Origin: Anaerolineae bacterium
GTDB taxonomy: Bacteria > Chloroflexota > Anaerolineae > B4-G1 > SLSP01
NCBI GenBank assembly: GCA_034437215.1
Contig: DAOTVC010000079.1
Location: 17,845-81,844, forward strand
Direction: 5' to 3'
Length of the DNA stretch: 64,000 nt
Shown: one piece after another, positions 50,537-60,598 of the stretch
Layout: the number at the start of each line of letters is the position of its first letter
How positions within the stretch are numbered: the stretch's first letter is position 1
Translations under genes and position numbers: made by a program
Notes under the pieces: generated by a model
What the model was told of the DNA's origin: nothing
The model's database searches: none
The model's input: only the letters and a program-made list of their open reading frames with translations

Positions 50537-53020
50537 ATGGCAGACAACTTAGAACGATTTACATCAGGATCACGAGAGGTGCTGCACTTCGCTCAGGCGG
50601 AGGCGATTCGCATGCGGCACGCTACGATCGGCCCAGAACACATCCTCTTGGGTCTGCTTCTGGAGAGTGAGGGGATTGCGGGGCGCGTGCTGCGGGACAT
50701 GGGATTGCGTCCGCAGCAGGTACAACGCACCGTCGAACGGCTTTCAGGAGCGACGCCGCTGCGGGGCGACACGCCGAACCTGCGTCACAGCACTGAAGTG
50801 CTCCTTACGATTGCTATCGATGAGGCGAAACGCCGTAATGCCCCCATCGTCGACACTCAGCACCTCCTGTTGGCCCTCCTGAGGCAGCAGGAAGGGCTCA
50901 TTCTGGCGGTCCTGGCCCAGTTTGGCCTGACCGTCGATCTGGTTCGTCGACGGGTCACCCAGGTGATGCCTGTCCATCCAACGGAGATGCAGGCTTCCAC
51001 GAGTGCATCGCGCCCGAGTCGCCGCCGTAAACAGCGCGGACCTGATGATTCGCTGTTGGAGCAGATGGCTATCGACCTGACGGCACGCGCCGAAGAGGGC
51101 ATCCTCGATCCTGTGATCGGCCGTCAGAAGGAGATCGAACGGGTCATCCAGATTCTCGCCCGCCGCACCAAGAACAATCCGGCTCTTATCGGGGAGCCCG
51201 GCGTGGGCAAGACGGCGATTGTCGAGGGTCTGGCCCAGCGTGTGGTCGCCGGTGGGGTTCCCGGTCCCATTCTGGGGAAGCGGGTCATCCAGCTGGACAT
51301 CGGCTCTTTGGTTGCCGGCACGATGTACCGCGGCCAGTTCGAGGAGCGCCTGAAGAAGGTCTTGGAAGAGCTGCAGGGCTCCAACACTATCGTCTTTATC
51401 GACGAGGTGCACATGCTGGTCGGCGCCGGCTCGGCAGGCTCCTCCATCGATGCTGCAAACATCCTCAAGCCTGCCCTGGCACGTGGCGAACTTCAGTGCA
51501 TCGGCGCGACGACGTTGGACGAGTATCGTAAGCACGTGGAGTCTGACGCGGCCCTCGAACGCCGCTTCCAGCCGGTGATGGTGGAAGAGCCGACGGGGGA
51601 GGAGACGCTGGAGATTCTACGGGGGATCAAGCACGCCTACGAGCAGCACCATGGGCTGCGCATCAGCGACGAGGCGTTACAGGAGTCGGTGCGGCTCTCC
51701 GCACGTTACGTCACCGAGCGTCATCTGCCTGACAAGGCCATCGATCTCATGGATGAAGCGGCTTCCCGGGTGCGCATGTACAAATCGCCCAGCTCCTTGC
51801 AGCTGCGCGACATCTTCGAGGAGCTGCAGGCGGTGCGCATCAAGCGGGCGCGTTTGACCCTGGAGACCGGGATTGTGGAGCGCAACGCGCTCGATGCCCA
51901 GGTCGATTCCCTCGAAGAGCGGATGGAGAACCTGCGCGTAGAGCAGTCTCAGGACGAGGATCTGCTCGTGGAGCCCGAGGACATCGAGGAGATCGTCGCC
52001 ATGTGGACGGGTATCCCCGTCAGCCAGCTGGCGCAGGAAGAGAGCCAGCGTCTTATGGACATGGAACTGGAGATCGGCAAGCGGGTCGTCGGTCAGGATG
52101 AGGCCATCGTCCGCATCGCGAAGGCGGTGCGCCGCGCCCGGGCCGGGCTCAAGGATCCCCAACGTCCCATCGGCTCCTTCATCTTCTTGGGCCCGACGGG
52201 GGTGGGCAAGACGGAGCTCTCCAAGGCACTGGCGGAGTTTCTCTTCGGCAGCGAGGAGGCGCTCGTCCAACTCGATATGTCGGAGTTCATGGAGCGCCAC
52301 TCGGTAGCCCGTCTGGTCGGTGCGCCTCCGGGGTACGTCGGGTATGATGACGCCGGGCAGCTGACCGAAGCCATTCGGCGCCGCCCCTACTCCATTATCG
52401 TCTTTGACGAGATCGAAAAGGCCCATCCGGATGCCTTCAACATGCTCTTGCAGATCATGGAAGAGGGTGTGCTCTCCGACGCCCGCGGGCGCAAGGTCGA
52501 CTTCCGCAACGCCATCATCATCATGACCTCGAACGTCGGCGCTCAGGAGATCCGGCGTCAGAGCGGGCTCGGCTTCCAGATCGAGGCTCAGAGCGCCGAG
52601 GACGGACAGCACGAGTACGACGATATGAGCCGCAAGCTCCAGGCAGAGCTGCGCCGTCTCTTCCGGCCCGAGTTCTTGAACCGGGTCGACTCCATCGTGA
52701 TCTTCCGCGCTCTGAATATGGAGGCCATCCGGCAGATTGTGGAACTGGAGATTGACAAGGTGCGGGTGCGGTTGCGGGAGAACGGGCTGGATTTGGAGCT
52801 CACCGATGCAGGTCGGGACTGGCTTGCCGAGGAGGGCTATAACGAGGAGTATGGCGCGCGACCGCTGCGCCGTCTCATTCAGGAGGAGGTGGAGACGCCC
52901 CTCTCCGACGCCCTGCTTACCGGCGACTTTACCTCGGGCGATCTGGTGGTCGTGGACGCCGACGAGAGCGGTCTGGTCATCCGCCAGGCCGAGGAAGAAC
53001 CCGAACCCATCGCTTCGTAG
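50537..53020 (+). CDS. clpC: ATP-dependent Clp protease ATPase subunit ClpC
   Basis: Twin Clp-N repeats, [15 protein letters not shown], second Walker [15 protein letters not shown]-like [15 protein letters not shown]. Confidence 0.95.
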   Translation: MADNLERFTSGSREVLHFAQAEAIRMRHATIGPEHILLGLLLESEGIAGRVLRDMGLRPQQVQRTVERLSGATPLRGDTPNLRHSTEVLLTIAIDEAKRRNAPIVDTQHLLLALLRQQEGLILAVLAQFGLTVDLVRRRVTQVMPVHPTEMQASTSASRPSRRRKQRGPDDSLLEQMAIDLTARAEEGILDPVIGRQKEIERVIQILARRTKNNPALIGEPGVGKTAIVEGLAQRVVAGGVPGPILGKRVIQLDIGSLVAGTMYRGQFEERLKKVLEELQGSNTIVFIDEVHMLVGAGSAGSSIDAANILKPALARGELQCIGATTLDEYRKHVESDAALERRFQPVMVEEPTGEETLEILRGIKHAYEQHHGLRISDEALQESVRLSARYVTERHLPDKAIDLMDEAASRVRMYKSPSSLQLRDIFEELQAVRIKRARLTLETGIVERNALDAQVDSLEERMENLRVEQSQDEDLLVEPEDIEEIVAMWTGIPVSQLAQEESQRLMDMELEIGKRVVGQDEAIVRIAKAVRRARAGLKDPQRPIGSFIFLGPTGVGKTELSKALAEFLFGSEEALVQLDMSEFMERHSVARLVGAPPGYVGYDDAGQLTEAIRRRPYSIIVFDEIEKAHPDAFNMLLQIMEEGVLSDARGRKVDFRNAIIIMTSNVGAQEIRRQSGLGFQIEAQSAEDGQHEYDDMSRKLQAELRRLFRPEFLNRVDSIVIFRALNMEAIRQIVELEIDKVRVRLRENGLDLELTDAGRDWLAEEGYNEEYGARPLRRLIQEEVETPLSDALLTGDFTSGDLVVVDADESGLVIRQAEEEPEPIAS

Positions 53021-53085
53021 TTGTTCTGGCGGTACATTTCAGAGGGCGGTGCAAGCGCACCGTCCTCTTTGCTTTTCAAGCGGGT

Positions 53086-53907
53086 CTACAATGCCCGGCC
53101 GGCTTCTGCTATCAGGGCGGCAACGACCTCGTGGGCCGGCAGTCCACCGGGATTGCGAAAGATCTGGGTACCACAGACGAGGAAGTCAGCGCCCAACTCT
53201 ACCATCTTCCCCACGGTAGCGGTGGTGATCCCCCCCTGGATCTGCAACGTTCCCTCGAAGTTGGAGCGGATCCACGTTGCATAGCTCCGGAGACGGGCCT
53301 GCCCTGCTTCCGGGCTGGACCAACTGGAGCGCGCTCCTGTGCCTACCGCTTGGAGGGTGAGCATGCCCACCCTTCGAAGGACGGGCTCCAACTTCGCCAG
53401 CACAGCGTCCACCGGCTCGGCCGGGCGATTCACGCTGCCCACGGTCTCGATGACGGGGCTGGCGACGGCGCCTGTGGCTCGGATCTCCTCAACGAGGGCC
53501 TCGAGAGCCGGAGCCGCTACCGCCTCCAGCTGGAAGCAGACGGCACCGGCTCCCACCCCCGCGTAGTCCCGGAGGCGCGCCCGTGGGGCGTCGGTCAGCA
53601 GGTGGAGATTGAGAAAGGCATCGCGCTCGCGCACGAAGGTGTTGAGGCGCTCGAGAAAGGCGGGGGTGAAGAGGGACACGTTGAGATCCGGTCGCCGGTG
53701 TACGAAGCCGCCGTAGTCGGGGAAGTTCACGTCGACGTGGAAGGTTCGCACGCCGTGTTCCAGCAGCTCGGCGACCTCCTGCCAGACCCGCTCCTGGAGC
53801 ACCTGAGCGGGTCGGTGGGCGACGAGCCCATCGGTGATGGTGATCAGTGCCGGGTTGATGCGCGCGGCGTCGCCTGAGACGCCGTAGAAGCGTTGGGCAG
53901 GGGTCAT
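53086..53907 (-). CDS. Divergent ribulose-phosphate 3-epimerase-like protein
   Basis: FHVDV, NLHL, QIQGGIT (vs VDGGI), GADFLVCGT; 4-nt overlap with xerC. Confidence 0.7.
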   Translation of the reverse strand: MTPAQRFYGVSGDAARINPALITITDGLVAHRPAQVLQERVWQEVAELLEHGVRTFHVDVNFPDYGGFVHRRPDLNVSLFTPAFLERLNTFVRERDAFLNLHLLTDAPRARLRDYAGVGAGAVCFQLEAVAAPALEALVEEIRATGAVASPVIETVGSVNRPAEPVDAVLAKLEPVLRRVGMLTLQAVGTGARSSWSSPEAGQARLRSYATWIRSNFEGTLQIQGGITTATVGKMVELGADFLVCGTQIFRNPGGLPAHEVVAALIAEAGRAL

Positions 53908-54818
53908 CCCTCTTCTTCCCCCAGGCGCGCCCGCGGATGCGTCTGGTGATAGATCTCCTGTGCCCGGCGCTGGGTGACGTGGGCGTAGATCTGGGTCGTC
54001 TGGAGGTTCGTGTGTCCCAGAAGCTCCTGGACCACGCGCAGATCAGCACCGCCCTCGAGGAGGTGGGTGGCGAAGGTGTGGCGCAGCAGGTGGGGGGTGA
54101 CCGTCTCCTCGATCCCTGCTGCGATGCCCGCCTTGCGGACTCTGGTGCTGATGGAGCGCACCGACAGGCGTCCTCCGAAGCGGTTGAGAAAGAGAGCGCG
54201 GGTCGTTTTCGTGCTCGCCAGTTCCGGACGTCCCACCTGCAGGTAAGCCCGTAGGGCTCCTACGGCAGGGCGCCCGATCATCACCAAGCGCTCCTTGTCA
54301 CCCTTGCCGAGCACCCGCATCTCACCATGATCGAGATCTAGATCGCGAAGATCGAGGCCACCGAGCTCACTCACGCGCACACCCGAAGCGTAGAGGGTCT
54401 CGAGGATGGCCCGATCCCTGAGGCCCTGGGCTGTGCTCGTGTCCGGGGCCGCCAAGAGGCGATCGACCTCCTCGTGGGTCAGGTAGCGGGGCAGCTTGCG
54501 AGGGATGCGGGGTGCGTAGATCCGGCGAAAGAGATTTTGCTCCCACGCTCTAGCGCGGACCAGAAAGTCGCCGAAAGCACGCAGCTCAAAGACACGCCGG
54601 GCAACGCTGGCCCGTACGTACCCCTCATCGTCGAGGGCCGCGAGGTGCTCACGGACCAGGCCCCGTTCCAATTCGTGGAGGTGGGTGATTCCCTGCTCTG
54701 CGCAGTAGTCGAGGAACTGCTCGATGTCGGTGTTGTAGTTCTTGACGGTGTAGTAGGAGGCGTTTTCGCGTTCGAGGTGCTCCAGGTAGCGCTGCAACCA
54801 TCCTCTGAGCGTGGTCAT
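53904..54818 (-). CDS. xerC: Tyrosine recombinase XerC/XerD
   Basis: LRDRAILE.LYASG.R.SEL, GKGDKER, HLLRHTFATHLLEGGADLRVVQELLGH, TTQIY. Confidence 0.9.
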   Translation of the reverse strand: MTTLRGWLQRYLEHLERENASYYTVKNYNTDIEQFLDYCAEQGITHLHELERGLVREHLAALDDEGYVRASVARRVFELRAFGDFLVRARAWEQNLFRRIYAPRIPRKLPRYLTHEEVDRLLAAPDTSTAQGLRDRAILETLYASGVRVSELGGLDLRDLDLDHGEMRVLGKGDKERLVMIGRPAVGALRAYLQVGRPELASTKTTRALFLNRFGGRLSVRSISTRVRKAGIAAGIEETVTPHLLRHTFATHLLEGGADLRVVQELLGHTNLQTTQIYAHVTQRRAQEIYHQTHPRARLGEEEG

Positions 54819-54852
54819 CTTTCTTGACAGACCCTAAGTAGGAGGGTAGAGG

Positions 54853-55695
54853 TCAGGCCTCCATCTCCTCCTGGAGTTGGTCGTAGACCCGCATGATGTT
54901 GGCAACGTGGAGTTGGTGGCTGGCCACACCCAGCGGGACGCGCTGCAGGCCGCAGGTCTCCAGGGGAATGTCCCAGATGAGATCCCGCGGGTCGCCCGCT
55001 TTGAGAACCTGGCGGGCTTGTTCCTCGACACAGGTGATGTACTCAATGTAGAGATCCATGACCGTGTCCACCTCTCCCCGCAGGATGACCTCTCCGTGTC
55101 CTTGTACGATGGTCTCCGGCTCCAGATCCTTGATCTTCTCGAGGGTCTGGATCTGGGTGCGCCAATCACCGCCGGCGATGATCGGGATAGCCATGGTGGC
55201 ATCTCCACTGAAGAGCACCCCTTCCTCCTCGAGGAGGACACCGGTGTTGTCGGCGCTGTGTCCGGGGAGGTGGACGAAGCGGAAGGTCCGATTACCCGCG
55301 CTCACGAAGAGGTTCTCTTCCGCAAAGGTGATGGTTGGATAGCGCAGAACGACCTCGTCAAAGGTCGGGTCACTCTCCCGGGCCTCGGCGAGGGAGGCCT
55401 CGCCTACCTCCAGGAGCTGCTGGCGCGTCATCTCGTTGGCAATCACATCGAGGTGCTCGGGGAAGGCGGAAAGACCGTAGACGTGATCCATGTGGTAGTG
55501 GGTAAGCATGAGAGAGTGGAAGCGCCCATGCCCCCGGGTATCAAGAAAGCGGGCAATCTGGCGGGCCTCATCGGGGAAGGGTAGGGCGTCGATCACGACG
55601 GTGCCCTCTTTGGTCAAGACTGCCGAGGAGTTGACGAGTGCGTAGCGCTCACTCGTAAAGACGAAGATCTCTTCGGTAACGCGTTCCCAATACAT
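54853..55695 (-). CDS. MBL-fold metallo-hydrolase
   Basis: THYHMDH, PGHS, FSGD, GHG; AGAGGA SD before 55695. Confidence 0.88.
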   Translation of the reverse strand: MYWERVTEEIFVFTSERYALVNSSAVLTKEGTVVIDALPFPDEARQIARFLDTRGHGRFHSLMLTHYHMDHVYGLSAFPEHLDVIANEMTRQQLLEVGEASLAEARESDPTFDEVVLRYPTITFAEENLFVSAGNRTFRFVHLPGHSADNTGVLLEEEGVLFSGDATMAIPIIAGGDWRTQIQTLEKIKDLEPETIVQGHGEVILRGEVDTVMDLYIEYITCVEEQARQVLKAGDPRDLIWDIPLETCGLQRVPLGVASHQLHVANIMRVYDQLQEEMEA

Positions 55696-55821
55696 TCGGT
55701 GTCCTCTGCGCATGACGCGCACGCCCGCAGGCGTGCGCATTTTAGTTTGTACCACCTGCAGAATAACATACCCGAGAGGGAAAGTCAAGGCGGCTTGACA
55801 TAACCACAGCGGTTCAGGGGA

Positions 55822-55857
55822 ACAAAAAAGCCGCCACCCCGAAGGTTGCGGCTAAAA
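55822..55857 (-). terminator. 6S RNA terminator
   Basis: Minus strand: AGCCGCAACC-TTCG-GGGTGGCGGCT-TTTTTGTT. Confidence 0.8.
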
Positions 55858-55859
55858 AT

Positions 55860-56037
55860 GAGACATCCCCACTGTGCCGTGCGCCGTTGGTTTTGACCCT
55901 GCAATCGCAGGTGGGTAGCCTACCTATGGATTGGCCTTGCCCGAAGGCTATCGCCTCACCACCAGGACGCGGCTCCCTTATATCAAGGTGTTGGCTCAAA
56001 ACCCCATCTCGGCATCACGCACACAGTAGGGTGTCAC
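55860..56037 (-). ncRNA. ssrS: 6S RNA
   Basis: About 178-nt rod: GACACCCTACTGTG pairs with CACAGTGGGGATGTC, GGTTTTGA with TCAAAACC; AAGGGAG, CACCTG and ACGGCAC motifs; own promoter and terminator. Confidence 0.85.
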
Positions 56038-56043
56038 GTCAGT

Positions 56044-56071
56044 ATGATACCATATCTGTAGCAGATGACAA
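56044..56071 (-). promoter_or_regulatory. sigmaA-type promoter of 6S RNA
   Basis: TTGTCA-N16-TATCAT with TG extension. Confidence 0.65.
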
Positions 56072-56079
56072 ATGCAGCT

Positions 56080-57141
56080 TCAAAAGACCGTCAAGGCTTC
56101 CCGCATCAGGCGGAGCCAGTTTCTGTTCAGGATCGCCTCGATATCCTCGGCGGCGTATCCGCGCTCCTTCAGGAGCCCTGCTATTTTACCCAGGTCGGCA
56201 CTACTGTCAAGGGAAGCGGGGACGGATTCGACACCCAATCCTCCATCGAAGTCCGAGCCCAGGCCCACATGGGCCGCACTTCCCACCAGCTGGCAGACGT
56301 AGTCGATGGCTTCGACGACCCGGTTCAGGGGCAGACGGGGCTCACTCTTCTTCCAGCCCGGTTCCAGCATCGGATTGAAGGGGACGATGCCGACGAGCCC
56401 GCCGCGCTCGGCCAGGACGCGGATGAGCGGGTCGGGCAGCTGCCGGGGAGTGTCGACGAAGGCCCGGGGATTCGCGTGGGAGGCTACGACGGGACCCGGA
56501 TAGCGGTCGAGGGCCTCGTAGGCAGCCTCCTCCCACATGTGGCTGAGGTCCAGCAGCAGGTTCAGATCCGCCATCGCGTGCAGCAGCGTCCGTCCTGCGT
56601 CGGTGAGGGGACCGGGGTTGGCATTCCCTCCGGCGTAGATGGTTCCGGCAGCCCAGGTGGGGCCCACACCGCGCAACCCCATCTCGGCCCAGGTGCCAAC
56701 TTCATCGGGCTGGCGGAGGGGAGCCGCACCCTCCATCACGATGAAGATGCCCAAGATCGGGGAGTCCGTCTCCCAGGAGCGAAGGACCGCATCGAGGTCC
56801 GAGAGAGCTCGGACGATCCGTACCCGTTCATCTTCGTCCTCCAGGCGACGGTAGAAGTCTATCTGGGCCTGTGCTTGCTCGTGAGCTTGCTCACGGTTGT
56901 GATAGACCTGGGGTTCGCTCTTCCAGCTCTTCCAGGCGGGTGCCACGAAGAGGGTGCCACCGATGACGGCAACCTCCCCTTCGAGCAGGGTAGGGATGCT
57001 GGCGAGACAGGTGCCCGTGTAGTTGCCGGGGGGCGGATTACGGCGTTCGGCGGCTCGGATCTCCGCCACAGGACGGCGTACATCTCTCCCTAATACGACG
57101 GCGTTGTAAGCCAGATCCAGATGCCCATCTACAATGATCAT
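56080..57141 (-). CDS. Membrane dipeptidase family (M19) protein
   Basis: VDGHLD, MEGA, LDLSH, SHAN, HVGLGSDFDG, NWLR. Confidence 0.9.
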   Translation of the reverse strand: MIIVDGHLDLAYNAVVLGRDVRRPVAEIRAAERRNPPPGNYTGTCLASIPTLLEGEVAVIGGTLFVAPAWKSWKSEPQVYHNREQAHEQAQAQIDFYRRLEDEDERVRIVRALSDLDAVLRSWETDSPILGIFIVMEGAAPLRQPDEVGTWAEMGLRGVGPTWAAGTIYAGGNANPGPLTDAGRTLLHAMADLNLLLDLSHMWEEAAYEALDRYPGPVVASHANPRAFVDTPRQLPDPLIRVLAERGGLVGIVPFNPMLEPGWKKSEPRLPLNRVVEAIDYVCQLVGSAAHVGLGSDFDGGLGVESVPASLDSSADLGKIAGLLKERGYAAEDIEAILNRNWLRLMREALTVF

Positions 57142-57251
57142 CTCTGCGTTGCCTCCCTTACGGTGTAGGGCGGAGTATAGCCCTTAGGGGGCGGTTGACA
57201 AGCTCCGCGGCTAGCGGGTATACTCTGCATAGTCTGAGATGGAGGTGGGGC

Positions 57252-57806
57252 GTGGCGGAACAAGGACGCAGGCTGATGCTGCTGATGGAGGCGGGGCCCG
57301 ACGCGGGCGCCCTCCTCGATTTGGAAGCGGGGACGATCACCCTGGGGCGCGGGGTGGACAACGACGTCGTTCTCGACCACGCCGAGATCTCCCGCCACCA
57401 TGCGGAGGTCGGGGTCTCTCCCCTGGGTACCGTCGTCTTGAAGGACCTCAACAGTACGAACGGTACCTTCATCGAGGGCGAGCCGGTCAGCGGGACTGTG
57501 CGTCTCTACCCTGACCAATCCTTCTCGCTGGCGGACGTGGCGCGCTTCCGGCTCATTGCTCCCCAGACGGTGTCCCCTTCACCGCAACCACCTCCGGCCT
57601 CCGCTCTTCCGGAAGTGGAAGAGCCCTTGGAGGAGGACACATCTACGCCGGTACCGCAGACCAAGTCGCCGCGCTGGCTCTACGTCCTCATCATTGGTAT
57701 GGCCCTGCTTATCTGCCTCTTTCTCCTGCTGGGTGTCTACCTGTGGTTCGCTCCCATCGCCTTTTGGGAGACCTTGCTCGATCCACTGGGTATTCAATTG
57801 CCCTAG
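57252..57806 (+). CDS. FHA domain protein with C-terminal TM helix
   Basis: LGR...ND, SRHHA, DLNSTNGT; Pro-rich linker; TM; GGAGGT SD + GTG. Confidence 0.88.
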   Translation: MAEQGRRLMLLMEAGPDAGALLDLEAGTITLGRGVDNDVVLDHAEISRHHAEVGVSPLGTVVLKDLNSTNGTFIEGEPVSGTVRLYPDQSFSLADVARFRLIAPQTVSPSPQPPPASALPEVEEPLEEDTSTPVPQTKSPRWLYVLIIGMALLICLFLLLGVYLWFAPIAFWETLLDPLGIQLP

Positions 57807-57876
57807 CCTGGCCGATTTGGGGTGTTGCTAACCCTCCGGCCGTAAATGAGCACCTCACTTGACGTGTGAAGGAACA

Positions 57877-58308
57877 CTAGATCTCGATGATCTTGAGGGC
57901 CAGATCAGCCGTAGTGACGGGCTTTACACCCCGTTCCGCTTCAATGATCTGCCCCTCGGCGTCAACGGCAAAGTGGCTGCGGATGATCCCTTCGTCCGCC
58001 ACTCCGTAGGCCTCTGCGACCTCGTGGTCCGGGTCGGAGAGGAGGATGAAGGGGAGATCGTACTTCTCACGAAACCTGCGCAGATCTTCAGGTTCGTCAG
58101 GGCTGATGCCGATCACAACGGCGTCCTGAGCGGTGATGGTTGCGTAGTTGTCGCGGACACTGCAGGCCTGTTGGGTGCAGCCTGGAGTGTCGGCTTTGGG
58201 ATAGAAGTAGATAATGACCTTCTGACCCCGGAAGTCGGAGAGGGAGACCTCCTCCCCCCGATCCGAGGTGAGGGTGAACTCAGGTGCGGGATTGCGCTGT
58301 TCAATCAT
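57877..58308 (-). CDS. bcp: Peroxiredoxin Bcp/PrxQ
   Basis: YFYPKADTPGCTQQAC, GISPD, LLSD. Confidence 0.92.
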   Translation of the reverse strand: MIEQRNPAPEFTLTSDRGEEVSLSDFRGQKVIIYFYPKADTPGCTQQACSVRDNYATITAQDAVVIGISPDEPEDLRRFREKYDLPFILLSDPDHEVAEAYGVADEGIIRSHFAVDAEGQIIEAERGVKPVTTADLALKIIEI

Positions 58309-58358
58309 GAGTAGCTCCTTCGGATAGTAAGTTTGACTCTACTGAAGCAAGGCTAGCT

Positions 58359-58469
58359 AACCGCAGAGAGCGCCAAGAACGCAAAATTGAGATACAGATT
58401 ATTAACTCATCGAGGCGTAAACTTTAGAAATATTAAGTTGTCTTTGCGACATCTGCGTCCTTTGCGGTT
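58359..58469. repeat. Inverted-repeat element with 9-nt periodic arms and AT-rich core
   Basis: Left AACCGCAGAGAGCGCCAAGAACGCAAA; right arm reverse complement AACCGCAAAGGACGCAGATGTCGCAAAGA. Confidence 0.65.
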
Positions 58470-58722
58470 CATCCCCCTTCTTTCAGGGAAGTCACGTTTC
58501 CAAAAAGAGAAAGATTGCTGTACTCGGCGGGTTCGGACGGTCATGATCCAGATATATTATAATATACCCATCTTATAAAATCAAGCTTTACGCCTGGTTT
58601 GCCTGTGGTACAATGCTCTGGGGTATTGAGCGTTGTACAACCTTCTAGAGGATCGCAACGCCGCAAAGAGGTGAACTCCCATTCACCTGTACGCCGACCC
58701 GAAGACGAAGGAGGCAGCGTCG

Positions 58723-58932
58723 ATGATTGAGTGGCTCAAGCGTGCGAGCGAGTTCCTGGCAAGACACAAGGGGCTCCCTGTGCTGGTTGGCGTGGGGATG
58801 GTAGTGCTCAGTCTGTTCTTTCAGCTGCTGCCGTCCTGGCCTCTCATCGGTTGGTTGGCGGATACGGACCTTTTCCTACACCTGGGGGTCATCGTCGGCT
58901 TGGTGGGCATCCTCATCGGCGATGCACTCTAG
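58723..58932 (+). CDS. Small two-TM membrane protein, 69 aa
   Basis: GGAGG SD, two hydrophobic helices, strong terminator after. Confidence 0.78.
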   Translation: MIEWLKRASEFLARHKGLPVLVGVGMVVLSLFFQLLPSWPLIGWLADTDLFLHLGVIVGLVGILIGDAL

Positions 58933-58947
58933 CTAGAATCGATTTGC

Positions 58948-58987
58948 AGGGCTCACGACAGTCAACGAGACTGTCGTGAGCCCTTTT
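58948..58987 (+). terminator. Intrinsic terminator
   Basis: Perfect 16-bp stem AGGGCTCACGACAGTC / GACTGTCGTGAGCCCT then TTT. Confidence 0.8.
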
Positions 58988-59134
58988 CTGTCTCTCTTAT
59001 GCCTCCTTGGGTGGGTTGCCTCTGCCCATAGTTTGCACTACACCCCCTGCTCCTCCAAAAGTTGTCATTTTTGTAAAATAGCTGTATCCTAAATAGGAAG
59101 CCCCCTTCACCCCGTGGTCGTATGAGAGGAGGTC

Positions 59135-59635
59135 ATGATGAAACGGGTGTTTTTAGTCGTAGTGGTATCCCTGCTGTTGTTAGCTCTAGCGCCTGTAAGC
59201 ACAGCCCAAACTCGCGCTCCTTCCCAAGGGATCTTGTGTGCGCACATCGTGCGCCCAGGCGAGACCGTCTTCTGTATCGCGCGCGCTTATGGTGTCGCTC
59301 CCTACGCTATCGTCCAGGAAAATGCTCTACTCTCGCCCAATCTCATCTATCCGGGCTTGACCTTGCGCATCCCCAACATGCCGGCACAGTTGCCGCCGGG
59401 TCCCATCTGCGTCCGTCAGTGTGAGGGAACCGTAACGCCCACTCCTATCCCGGATGCGCTGCAATGTGGTGGCTGTGCGTGCGCCGCCGAGCACAACGTG
59501 CTCTATGGAGAGACTCTCACGTCCATTGCCGTCTCCTACGGGGTCAATCTGTGGACGTTGGCGCGTTGCAACTGCATTCGCAACCTCAATTTTATCGCTG
59601 CGGGCGAAGAGCTCTGTGTTCCTTCTGGGGATTAA
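59135..59635 (+). CDS. Secreted Cys-rich protein with two LysM domains
   Basis: Signal peptide; HIVRPGETVFCIA..YGV...N.IYPG..L.IP and HNVLYGETLTSIA..YGV...N.I..G..L.VP; 10 Cys. Confidence 0.85.
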   Translation: MMKRVFLVVVVSLLLLALAPVSTAQTRAPSQGILCAHIVRPGETVFCIARAYGVAPYAIVQENALLSPNLIYPGLTLRIPNMPAQLPPGPICVRQCEGTVTPTPIPDALQCGGCACAAEHNVLYGETLTSIAVSYGVNLWTLARCNCIRNLNFIAAGEELCVPSGD

Positions 59636-59684
59636 GAGCTTCTCCATTCTGTCTACCCAACATACCATTGTATAGAGGAGGTAA

Positions 59685-60080
59685 TTGATGAGTTTCGCTG
59701 ACAACATCCAACATGATGACTGGAAGAACGAGAAGCACGTACCGGTGATCGAGCTGCCCGAACAGATCAGGGCCGGAGAGCCCTTCAAGGTTACGGTGGT
59801 AGTAGGGAAGGAGATCCCTCATCCCAACACTACGGAACACCACATCGAGTGGATCGACGTCTACTTCAAGCCCGAGAGTGGCAAATTCATCCACCAGGTA
59901 GGGCACTTCGATTTCGTCGCCCACGCCGCCTCGGTTCAGGGGCCAAACGAGGGACCGGTGCTCTGCAATCCCCACGTGGTCCTGGATATGACCATCAAGG
60001 AGCCCGGTACGCTCATTGCCCTGGAGTTCTGCAACATTCACGGTGTTTGGGAGAGCACGACAGAGGTTCGGCTGAGCTGA
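59685..60080 (+). CDS. Superoxide reductase (neelaredoxin-type, single iron site)
   Basis: EKHVP, HP...EHHIEWI, FCNIHG ligands; no desulforedoxin domain. Confidence 0.93.
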   Translation: MMSFADNIQHDDWKNEKHVPVIELPEQIRAGEPFKVTVVVGKEIPHPNTTEHHIEWIDVYFKPESGKFIHQVGHFDFVAHAASVQGPNEGPVLCNPHVVLDMTIKEPGTLIALEFCNIHGVWESTTEVRLS

Positions 60081-60204
60081 CGGATCTACGTCTATGTCTA
60101 TGTCTATCCGAGGAGAGGGGGGGGAGGGGACGGAGCGCTGTCCGCCTCCCCTCCTTTGGCACTGTTGCGACGCAGTTCACCCCTTACAGTAAAGGAGCGA
60201 AAAG

Positions 60205-60567
60205 ATGCCCGAATTTGCTAACCCTTTTAGTGGCAAGATACCCGAGCGCAAACTGACTAAATCCGAATTGATCCGCGCCATTCGCCTGAACATTGCTGCA
60301 GAACACGAGGCAGTTCACCTGTATATGGCCCACGCCGATGCTACCGATAACGCGGTCGCGAGGAAGATCCTCATCGACATCGCCAACGAGGAGCGGGAGC
60401 ACATCGGCGAGTTCATGGTGCTGCTGGATATCCTGACCGACGGTGAGGAAGCCGAGTGGTTAGCCAGCGGTCGTGAGGAGGTCCACGAGATGCTTGCGGG
60501 TGAGGGGGAGAGCTCCCCTGAAGGTGGCGCTGGAGAAGAGCCCACGATCGGTTCACTGCGCTCTTAA
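60205..60567 (+). CDS. Ferritin-like encapsulin cargo protein with C-terminal targeting peptide
   Basis: EHEAVHLY and NEEREH di-iron half-motifs; flexible G/E linker ending PTIGSLRS. Confidence 0.87.
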   Translation: MPEFANPFSGKIPERKLTKSELIRAIRLNIAAEHEAVHLYMAHADATDNAVARKILIDIANEEREHIGEFMVLLDILTDGEEAEWLASGREEVHEMLAGEGESSPEGGAGEEPTIGSLRS

Positions 60568-60598
60568 CGGACTGTAACTTCTGGAAAGGAGATAATCC

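Noticed and set aside
53904-54818. Tyrosine recombinase as a phage or integron integrase
   Set aside because: Size and motifs match housekeeping XerC/D; no integron-integrase insertion, attC array or phage genes nearby.
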